From: Lama glama
Lineage: Eukaryota
Assembly: GCA_028534125.1 (NCBI GenBank)
Contig: CM052816.1
Span: forward strand, 11,224,001 to 11,288,000
Length of the DNA: 64,000 bases
Direction: 5' to 3'
Below, one piece after another: positions 53,917-64,000 of this stretch (position 1 is its first letter; every line of letters begins with the position of its first letter). The position numbers and the translations under genes are program-made. The notes below the pieces were generated by a model, which ran no database searches, was not told where the DNA came from, and was given only the letters and a program-made list of their open reading frames with translations.

Positions 53917-54414
53917 TTTGTTATTCATGGCTTTTATCTTCCAGTTTTATTGAGATATAACTGACATACAGAACTGTGTAAGTTTGAAGTGTACAGTATA
54001 ATGATTCGACTTACATACATCATGAAATGATTACCACAATAAGTTTAGTGAACATTCATCATCTCACGTAGATACAAAATAAAAGAAAAAATATTTTTTT
54101 CCTTGTAATGGGGACTGTTAGGATTTATTCTCAACTTTCATATTTGACACACAGCAATGTTAATTATATTAATATGCTTCACATTCCATCTCTAGTACTT
54201 ACATATCTTATACCTGGAAGTATGTACCTTTTGACTATTTTCACCCAATTCCCCTTCCTCTACTTCCTCCTTCTACTCCTCTTGTAACCACAAATCTGAT
54301 TTCTTCCTATAAGTTTGTCTGTTTGTTTTTGAAGTAAAACTGACCTACAACACTATGTTAGTTCCTGGTGCACAACATAGTGATTTGGTATTTCTATACA
54401 CTACAAAATGACCA
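53917..54414 (-). mobile_element. L1 3' end (L1MA-like)
   Basis: ttttattgagatataactgacataca...aatgattaccacaataagtttagtgaacat; imperfect flanking caagacaaa(a)ttt repeat. Confidence 0.7.
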
Positions 54415-57400
54415 CAAGACAAATTTCTACAGTAAACCTAGCAAGCAGCAGTGAATTAGGTATGCTTGTATATATTTAACATACATAAGTAACTTCAAAC
54501 AGTCCTCATTGAAAACATTTTTTGGTAGAAATGTATGTTTGTTATTGAAAAACGCTTGCCCGAACTTTTTCTAAAGTTGAACAAATTTCTCCAGTGGTTG
54601 ATTTATACCCTAGGTTTATTTAGAACCTTACTCTTAAGGAGTTCAAACATTTAAAATGAGCAATTATTTCTAACAGAAAGAAACCACGACATGGCCTACT
54701 TACACATAATCCCTACACAGTCTCCATGACTAGGCTATCTCCATTTTTGAAAGTGAAAAAAGATGAGGACCCCAAACAAGATCTTTGAGTTCAGTCCATT
54801 CACACAGCAGAAGAAAGAATTATAAACTCCTTGATTAAGATGGTATCTTTTCCCTTTACTGCACTACTGAAAAAATGGTTTTGGGTTTTTCACAGCCAGT
54901 TAAGGAGTCATTTCTTCCAGTCTCCCTCCTTCTGTCCTTCCTCTAGTAAAAGTAATAGATCAAAAGGAGTGGAAGATAACAGATAAGCTCTAACAGCACA
55001 GGGTATTTCTAATTTGTCTATAGGAAATAATCACATACAAACTGGATTGGTTTTGTACCACACTGTCACATGCGCTTCACTAGTGACAAGGTAGACCACA
55101 TTTTAAAAAAAAATCCCTGAGCCTTAAACTTTCATAAATGTAGTTAACTATAAATTAAACTAAGTAAGAAAGCACAATAGGAAACCATGTACACAGCCAC
55201 AGTATGATTCCAACATATCCACTGCAACTACATTATCTGAAAACCTAACAACTGCTCTGAAATGCTGTTGTAACAACATGCCAATCTGCCATGAAAATTT
55301 TCTTGAATCCAGAATATGCAAAAAGTAAATTTACAAATACAACCCACTTTAGTGTATCATTTATTACATTTTAGGATGTCTAAACAAAAAATAATCTTCC
55401 ATGACAACATACTAAGAATGAAAATATATGTGACATCTGTATTTGTATTTACTATTTATTAACATTTTCATCCCAAATCATTACTTACGTGAGTTAAAAG
55501 TAAGTTTTTTAATTTTGTAGTTCTAGGAAAGTCACCTATATATTATTAAAGCCTAAGTAGTGATTTTAGGCTTTTTAAACTTTAAAAAGTTAACATTTTT
55601 AAAAGAGAAAAGAAGCATGATGTGCTTTGATTATGTAACGCAAAACAAATGGGGAAAATAAACTCAATCATTTTGAAAGATAACTTTTACCAATGAAAAT
55701 TACAGAATATCTATGAATAAAATCAGTATAAACAGCCAAAAAAGCCTAGTGAAAACATTCTCAGGAGGTTCAAATTCCCATCCAAACTAAATACTGACAT
55801 TAAGGAAAAAAAAAAAATTGCCCAGAGTAAAACACCTTAGGGAGCTTAAAAAAAAAAAAGGCAATTAACTATAATGTTAAGACATCACTTTCTACCTAAG
55901 ACATAAAACATACATTTAATACTTTTCAAAAGGATCTCTACCAACAAACTAAAAATACAAAAGTAAAGAATGGGTTTTTCTTTTTAGTAAAGAATGTTTC
56001 AATAGACCTTTTTCTATATTTAGCCTCTTCCATATAAGATCAATTTCACTAAATCTAATTCACCATTTCCCACCTTCATCACAAGCCATCTCCGTCGTTG
56101 TGCTCCAAACTTGCTACTGTAGAAAAAAGTATGACCCACATTCAAGAGGCCCATACTCTTCTACAAAACTTTCAAATGTGTCCAGAAGTCATTTTCACTT
56201 AAACCAGACCATAACTAATGTAAAACTCAGAAGCCCTTGGCGTACATTCATTCATACCTGTGCTCTACTCACACACTCATCCTCAGAATGCAAATAAACA
56301 CCATTTCAGACATCAAAATTCCCCTAATGCTGTCTCCCTTAACTATCTTAACTTCTTCACAAAGCTAACACACTGGACTACAGATTGAGTCTTCCTAGGT
56401 GTTCCCATCCCACCCCAAGAAACCAAAATAGCAAAACAACAAATGTTAGTTACTAAGATTTCTCAGGAGGACAATACATAAACAGAGAAGTAGCTGTTTC
56501 CCAACAGCTCTCAATTTTACGGTATCTCCAGCCTCCCAAGATACCCCTTATTTCTACCTCTGCAAAACCTCAATTCTTCCACTAAAGTGATCTGATCTAA
56601 CGAATCAAAGTCTTCCTATTTTTTCTCCTACCCATTTTCTTTCAGCCAGAAAGTCCTCACCACCAATAGAAGGATAAATAAGAAGTAGAAATGAGAAGGG
56701 GGCGGGGGCAGGAAATGATCCCTTCCCTTCCCTTCCCTTGCCTTCTTTTCCAAGAGGGCTAAAGATACCGCCTCTCCCCAATCCGCATACCAGCCTTCCC
56801 TCTCTTTGCTTTAGGAGGTATGTTTCAGAGACTATCTATACCCGTGTCCCAAAGAAAACACTTCACAATCCTACCCCTTTAAAATGGTTACAAAGCCAAC
56901 AAAAAGTTGATACCTCTGCTATCCCTTTCAAGAGTCCTAACAATGTTTCTACAATACTACCCAAAATACTTCTTATAAAGAAGCCCCTCTCTTTTCAGCC
57001 CCTCACCAATAAATCCTACACCCCAATATCCCTAGTTGTCCTACCAGTATTTACAAACATTGTTTCTACTACCCCTTCTATTACTCCAACATCTGTATCT
57101 AAAAATCCCTAGATGCTGCCGGTATACCCCTTCCCGCCCGCCCTCTAATAATATTACTAGGTACCAGGGCAGCCTTCTCAACCCCCCCAATCAAAATCTC
57201 AGTTTTTTCTCAACCTGTAATGGTATTTAAAAACCACCAGTTCTCCTGACACCATCAACTTCTCAATATTTCAAAATTCCTTAATATCCTTATCAGCTTC
57301 CCAATAATTCCTATAACACTTCAATACCCACAAATCCCTTTCAACTACCCCATACTTCAATTAAATATTCTTGAACCCTTAGAACTCACCAGTAATCTCT

Positions 57401-57659
57401 ATAAATCCCTCAATGTCCCTACTATCTCTTTCTCTCTTGATGTTTTTAAAAGGCCCTCGATACTCTGCTTCTAGATCTTTTAGTCCCCGGAATAATATTG
57501 TTTGTAAAGCCCTCGATATCCTGCTACTCCCTTCCAGTGCCCAATATTCAAATTTTAAAATCCCTCGACAACCCTGCTTTCTCTCTGAGTTCTCAAATAG
57601 CAGTATTTTAAACTCCCTCACTATTCCTGCTACCCCTTTGAGCACCCCAGTATTTTTAT

Positions 57660-58750
57660 TTAAAAAGCCCTCGCTCTCCTTGCTCCCCCCCTCCCCCGGT
57701 CCCAGAGCCACATCGCCTCTACGCCCCTTGCTCTCCCTCCGCCCCCCCAACCCCCCACAATGGTGATAGTACTACAGAGAAGACAACGCCGGGACCTCCG
57801 GACCGCGGCCCCTCCGCTCCGCCCTCCCCCACGCCGCTTCCCCTCCCCCTACGCCACCGCGGGCCCCCAACGCCCACGTTCGCCGGCCCCGGCCCAGCCT
57901 GGCTCACTCACATCGGCTCCAGTAACTTGGCCAGCCAGGACTTGAGGGCATCCACATCCTCTATGAGCATGGTGCAGGGAAGGCGGGCTCGGCCGCCGCT
58001 CTTGTTCGGGCCTGCCGCCGGGAGCCACTCACCGCCTCCTCACGCCTTCCTCACAGCTCCCGGTGCCCTAGCCCACCGGGCATCTTAGGAGACTTCAACC
58101 TACTCCCCGAGCCGGGGCCTAACAGGAACTAACCCAAGAGCCCTCACTCAACCTAGCACGACGGCTCAGGTGGGCGGGAGACAGCGACAAGTGGCGGACG
58201 CGAGAACCAATAGAAAGGAGAGGGCCGTGCGCGCGCAGCCAATGAAAAGGCTCGTTCGCCCCGCCCGCCGGTCGTACCCGGTGAAGGAAGAGGGATCTAT
58301 CAAGGTAGGTAGAGAGCTTACGTGAACTCCTGGTGCAAGATGGTATCTTGGAGAAGGTGCTGTGGCGCTTAAAGGGGCCGCGGCGCTTTTTTTGACCATG
58401 CCGCCGCCCGCCGCGGAATACCGGTATCTGCTGCTGGGAGTGCCTGGGGGAACCCGGCGAGCCCCTCAGCCTGGTTCCTTCCTCGCGTTTTTCCTGGAAA
58501 CACACACTCGTGTCCCGAAATGACTCAGCTGTAGTAAATCTGCAACACAACGTGAGATACGTTCACGTTCGACACTTTGCACAGAACGCAAAATTACACT
58601 TTTTTCCCTCACACGCTCGTCTTGCTCGGCACACACGCTTGTATTTTTGGCTGCTGTGCTTAAATTACGCAGAATGCTTCTTGACAACCATGCTCTGGAC
58701 TCCAATAATCGTCATTTTTAAAACGTGGCGCAACGGATGTAAAAGGCTGA
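57660..58750. promoter_or_regulatory. CpG island / RBM27 promoter
   Basis: Abrupt rise in GC and CpG around exon 1; CCAAT at 58207-58211 and 58239-58243; GC box CCCCGCCC at 58259-58266; palindrome TGCGCGCGCA at 58228-58237; no obvious TATA box. Confidence 0.9.
57912..57970 (-). CDS. RBM27: RBM27 exon 1 coding part (59 nt), start of PWI-like domain
   Basis: gcaccATG; MLIEDVDALKSWLAKLLEP; donor AT|GTGAGT. Confidence 0.96.
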
Positions 58751-59246
58751 GGCCATTTCAATTTTACCGATATTTTAAACGTATTCTTTATTTGAGGAGA
58801 AAAAGGATTCCAAGTTTTTTAATATATAATTCTCTTTTCATTGCATAGGTAAAATTCGGTAGAGGTTTTTGTGCAGGGAGAATTTTGGTCAGCAAAAAAA
58901 GTTTTTTAAAATAAATATTTTCAATTGAAACCACTGAATAAGGCAATTTAGTTTGTGCTAGGTGACAAATCACTTTTGGAATTTTGAAATTACTGGCTTG
59001 GCACTGGTGTTAGACTGTTTATTCAACAACAAATACTGAGCACCTGCTATATGCCAGCAATGTGTAAGGCACTAGGATTCCAGTAGTGAGCAAAACAAAA
59101 CAAGAGTCCCTCCTCTTAGAAAGCCGAACAGTTTATGGGATTATGCATTATAATCATAACACTTCGAAAAATTCCTGATGGACACACACCTCATATAAAA
59201 AAGATGGGTTATTCCAAGATAAGCAGGTATACTAGAGAGAGAGAGA

Positions 59247-59584
59247 GCAAGTTTAGGCATACTTTTTCTATAAAAAGCTAGATAGCAAACTGTTTTGGTT
59301 TTGTGGGCCATGAGCTCTCTGGCAACTACTCAACTCTGCCCTCTTGGCATGAAACTGGCCATAGGTGTGTATTATGTAAACAAATGATTGTGGCTGTGTT
59401 CCCTTAAAACTTATATGAAAATTTCCATTTTAAGAGAATTTTCACATGACACAACATATTATTCTCTTGAGGTTTTTTTTTTTCCCACCCCCCAACCATT
59501 TAAAAGTGTAAAAGCTATTGTTACCGGTGCCCAGAAACAGGAGCCAACAGTGTTAGGTTTGCTGACCACAGTTTGTGGACCCCT
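59247..59584. mobile_element. hAT-Charlie MITE (MER58B-like)
   Basis: ctttttctataaaaagctagatag...tttgtgggcca...caactactcaactctgcc...tggctgtgttcc. Confidence 0.7.
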
Positions 59585-61899
59585 TATGAAGAGTAATAAA
59601 AGCAAAACACCTTTAGAAATCATCTTATGAACCTCCGTCACCGACACCTTCTCCCCAACTTTGCAAATGAGGGAGAGAGCCCAGAGAGACTGAGTGGTTT
59701 ACCCAGAGTCACATGTGTTTATAGATGGAGCAGAAGGAACATCCAGGTCTAGCAACAAGCCCAGAGCTTTCCCACAGTCAATTGTTGCCTCCTCTTCCCT
59801 CTCTCCTCCTCCCCTTCTTCCTTTATGTTTATCCACATTTCTCCTTCACTTCTTTCCAGTAGAGATGAGGTGTTACCCCTAAATGACAGAAATTTTTAAA
59901 AAGAGAAATAAATGTACAAGTGATTTGATTAGGCCTGGGGCTAGGCGAGAACTTGATAGTACAATAGATACGGAACAGGCATTGCCTTTATCACAGTAAA
60001 TCACTCCTCTGAAAGAATTTCAAAGCGCTGCTCAGATATATTTATAGAACAAGTTTTGCAGGCCTTATTTCAGAGATGAGGGTGCTGAGATATCGGCTTC
60101 CTAGTGGCCAAGGGCATTATTTAACCAAGCACATTTACAGAGAGTAGAACAGACATGATTACAGTAGTAATATCTGGGTGTAACGACTTTGGATAGTTTT
60201 TCTTTTTTCCTATTTTTTAAATTGTGATGTTGTATTACTTTTCTAAACTGAATAGACTATATACAGGTATATATGTTCCAGTGCTTTGAATGTAAACCAT
60301 ATAAAAACCAGTGCTTTGAATGTAGATATGGAACCCCAAACTGTATCTTGAGAAAGCAGTGTCTATAGATGAGTTGCTCTTCCGGAACTGGAAGTGGGAT
60401 ACGGTGTAGTCAATCCCTGCCTCACACCTGGCTCTCACCATTTGTTAAATAGTTGCTTCCAATTTAGTCAGTAACCATGGCTTAGAATTTTCCATATACT
60501 TTATTCAGTAGCATCCATTATATGCACAGAACTGACTCATATTCAGGTCATGAATGAATGAGGCACTGATTTCAGTCATTCAGTTATTGGGCTACTCTGT
60601 AGGCAATGCATACATATATGTATTGATTCAACACACCTATTGAGTGCTGATTTCCAGGTACCAGATTCTGTGTTTTGGTGGGGACAGAGACAAAAGTTTG
60701 AGAAATGTGCCTTTTGGGGCCTCAGATTCTGCTGGTCTAATAATTAGGCATTGAAAATAATAATCAGAGCCAAAGTTGTTGAGGACATACTCAGTGCTGG
60801 CCCTATGCTAAATATTTCAGTGTATTGTCACCTGTCATCCTCACAATACCCCTGTATAGTAAACAGTGTTCATAGACAAAAGAATTGCAGCCTAGAAAAT
60901 TCATGAAAGCTAATGAGTGAAAAGGCCCAGCCTTGACCACATGTGTTTGATCCAAAGCCCACACCTCTAATCTTCTCTTAACCACCTCCACTCACAAACA
61001 CTGAAATATGAACTACATGGTTCATTCAAAATTTATTCAACAAATATATATTGAACCCAATATCATCTATTAGGCACTGTTCTTGGATAATACAGAGTAC
61101 GATTGATTTTAAAATATTGTTCTTCCCTTAGTTAAGGTGAATGTTAAAATGGAGACTTAACAATCATTGACTGTTTTCTCAGTTTATTTTCACAGGAAGA
61201 GAAAGAAAGAGACGCCAATTTATCTAAGAAAAAAGAGTGTATTAATATGGGACATTGATGAGAGAGTGACTACAAGAAGAAAAGATATCTAAACCATCCT
61301 TATTCAAACCAATTTCCCTTTCTTGGCTTGAGAGTAACTCACCAAAAAGAGTAGTCAATGGTGTGATCTCACTCAAGTGTTGACAGGGGTAGATAGGCAT
61401 TCCAAAATCAAGGTGGATTATGCCCATTTGTTCGTTTGTTTGTTATGGTCCTTATTCTCCACTCTGTGGCTAAGAATGTCCCAGATGTACAGTAAAAGAA
61501 GTTTGAGGGTCATTTTTAAGGTTTTCTCTATGAAATTTACAATCACAAGATGCTTCCTTTACATGTAGTTAAATTAAGCTTTGGTAGAATTTCAGACTAA
61601 GAAGCTTATACTTACAAACAGAACCTCTCATGTCTGTGCCTTTGTAAATGATCAGCTAATTAAACAACATACCCATCAAAATATCAGTCTTTCCTGAGTT
61701 TGGGTCACCTGGAGCAGCCTGTCTGGCTCAGAGAAAAGTCACTTCAATAAAGGTCGCTTGAATCTTAGTTATGCAAAAGACAAGGTGAGTTAGCAAACAG
61801 TGAGTCAATCACTGGGAACAGTCTCTCTTCGTTATGAAAATGTAGATTTGTTTTCCTAAGAGAACTGTGTTGTAAGGGTTTTTTTGTTTTTGTTTTTTT

Positions 61900-62765
61900 T
61901 TTTAAGTTACTTCACACTAAGCACCTATAAGAATGGATAATATATATAAAAAAAACTGACAACACTGAATGCTGATAAGGATGTAGACAAACTAGATCAC
62001 TCATGCTTTGTTAGTGTAATGTAAAATAGTACGGCCACTCTGAAAAACTCTTTGGTATTTTCTCAAAGATTAAACATGCAACTATGATATGACCCAACAA
62101 TTATACTCTTGGGCAGAGAAATGGAAGCCTTTTATGTTTACACACACAAACCTGTACAAAAATGTTTATAGCAGCTTTATTTATAATAACCAAAACCAAG
62201 AATCAGCCCAGATGACCTTAAACCAGTGAATGGTTAAACTATGTGATACATACATACAATGGAGTGCCACTCCATGCCTTCTTCCAACAAGGAAGGAACT
62301 CCTGATACATGTAGCAATCAGGATGAATTATACTGAGTGAGGAAAAAAGCCAGCCCCTAAAGATTACATATTGTATGGTTCCATTTATATAACACTTTGA
62401 AAATGACATAATTTTAGGAGCAGAGGACAGGGATGGGGGTGTGGAAGGGTAGTGGGTGCAGTTTTAAAGGGCAATAGGAGGTATCCTTGTGGTGTGGGAA
62501 CCATGCGGTGTCTTAACTGTCAGGGTAAGAACAGGAACTACAAGGGTGATGATAACATTGTATAGAATTATACACACACTGCAAACAGGCAAAATGAATG
62601 CACATAAAACATGTCAATGTCAATATTCTGATTATGATATTATACCATAGTTTTGCACATGTTACCATTGGGGGAAATTACGAAAAATGTACAGAAGTTC
62701 TCTCTGCCTCATTTCTTAGAAGTGCATTTGACTCTGTAAGTATCTCAATTAAAAAAAAAAAAACG
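61900..62765 (+). mobile_element. L1MC-like 3' region with A tail
   Basis: actgacaacac...atatgacccaacaattatactcttgggc...gttaccattgggggaaa...atctcaattaaaaaaaaaaaa. Confidence 0.7.
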
Positions 62766-63189
62766 AAAAGGTGCTTCACACACTGAGAGCAGTGTCAACA
62801 GGGAGAAAAAGTTGAAGTGGCATCTCTGAGTGTGTGCATACCAGAAGTAGTCCTTGCCCCATTCTCCAAGGATTTCATGGGGACCCAGGTCTACCATCCT
62901 TGCAGATTAGAAAGGCATCCGGGAGAAATGTGCAAAGCTCCGCTGCAGTACTGAGCTTTTTTTTTTTTTTTTTTAAGCATGAAACAGCAACAGTGGACTG
63001 ACCGGTCTCCAGGCCCCTCTGGTTATTCCTCTGATATCAGAAGACAACTGCGCTCTCTTCCTTGGATTGAATAAGCCCCATGGGATTTGGACACATCAAA
63101 TGGTAATAACTCATACTTCTCAAGTGCCAGGCACTCTGCCAACCAACTTTGCATGGATTCGCCTCTTGCACTTCCTGCATTCTGCCTTT

Positions 63190-64000
63190 CCTTCTTTCAA
63201 GAAATATTGATTACAATTTGATCGTAGGCAAAGCAGTATGATAGTCCCTGGGGTTACGGCAGTGGAGAAAATAGGTATTTTCTTGGAGATGTATTTTAGC
63301 AGAAAGAGAATGATGATAAATAAACAACTCTATCATAAGTCAGGTGGGATACATTTTACAAAGAAAAATAAGGCAAAGTGAGGGGAGAGAGAGAGTGACG
63401 AGGACTCTGAGCAGTGGTCTGGAGGAAGTAAGGGTGTTAATCTTGTGGTTATCTCGTGGAAGAGCTTTCCAGGGAAGTGCAAAGACCCTGAGGCAGGAAC
63501 TAATTTGGCAAGTTTGAGGAGAGGAAAGCAATGGAGCAGGAACAAAGTGAAACAGGAGGAAAGTGATGGGAGAAGAGGTTAGAGACGTAGTGAGAAGCCA
63601 GATCATGGAGTACTTTGTCAGCCATGGTAGGGACTTTGGTTTCTTATTCGGAGTGAGACTGGGAGACACTGAAGGTTTTAAGCAGAGGAATAAAATTATC
63701 TGATTTAGTTTTTTATTTTTGAACAGGATCAGTGTAGCTGCCTCGTGGTTATCAGACTGGAGGGGACAAAAGTGGAGGTAGGGAAACTGGTTAGAAATCA
63801 ATAATCCAAGCAAGATATGATGGAGGTTTAGACTAGACTAGCACTGAAAGAGATGTTAAGAAGTTGGATTCTGGACATATTTTGAAGGCAGAGTCAATGA
63901 GTTTTAGTGACATTAATTGTTGGTATGAAATACAAAGAGAAATTCAGGATGACACCAAGGTGTTTGGCCTAAGATGGGGAAAATGAGGAAGGAGCAGATT
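63190..64000 (-). mobile_element. L2 fragment, runs off the window end
   Basis: gtgcaaagaccctgaggcagga...gccatggtagggactttgg...gattctggacatattttgaagg. Confidence 0.7.

Larger units (their letters stand above)
1460..58170 (-). other. RBM27: RBM27 gene span (21 exons; TSS and 3' end approximate)
   Basis: Spliced CDS 57970->4578 = 3183 nt, reading MLIEDVDALKSWLAKLLEPICDADPSALANYVV...DDDDEDEDEYESRSWRR*; matches my recall of mammalian RBM27 (1060 aa). Confidence 0.97.

Noticed and set aside
56738..58848. Cluster of overlapping ORFs around exon 1
   Set aside because: Expected from the CpG island and strong base skew; no protein-like signal
60278..60324. 17-bp direct repeat ccagtgctttgaatgta with a 13-nt spacer
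   Set aside because: Two copies only; ordinary local duplication
4..63813. The many 60-157 aa ORFs in the supplied track that do not overlap RBM27 exons in frame
   Set aside because: Lengths and composition fit chance ORFs in AT-rich intron or TE sequence (e.g. 63340-63813 and 47195-47587 lie in L2); many start at non-ATG codons; no recognisable domains
1..64000. CRISPR array, operon, defence system or other prokaryotic/viral module
   Set aside because: No regularly spaced repeat-spacer array and no long single-exon ORF; the window is explained by one spliced mammalian gene plus TE relics

Overview
Mammalian genomic DNA (AT-rich, with L1/L2/MIR/MER/LTR relics). A tRNA-Ala-derived SINE resembling vic-1 points to a camelid. 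The window holds one complete protein-coding gene, RBM27 (RNA-binding motif protein 27, a PAXT/nuclear-exosome adaptor component), on the minus strand. I traced 21 coding exons from the ATG at 57970 to the TGA at 4578. All introns are GT-AG with compatible phases, and the exons sum to 3183 nt (1060 aa). Domain order: PWI-like, RS, CCCH zinc finger, Pro-rich/(PG)11, RRM, coiled coil, RGG, a broken second RRM, acidic tail. There is a CpG-island promoter at about 57.7-58.75 kb and a ~3.1 kb 3'UTR. I found no prokaryotic-type system (no CRISPR array, no operon) and no second gene. The most interesting signals are candidate non-productive RNA-processing switches in this RNA-decay factor gene: a 116-nt stop-containing exon in intron 8, an orphan acceptor above exon 9, a 5'UTR splice donor that would remove the start codon, a uORF, and an AATAAA at the CpG-island edge. 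RRM2 also appears to have lost an exon. All of these are sequence-based hypotheses. Repeat family names and boundaries are from recall and approximate.
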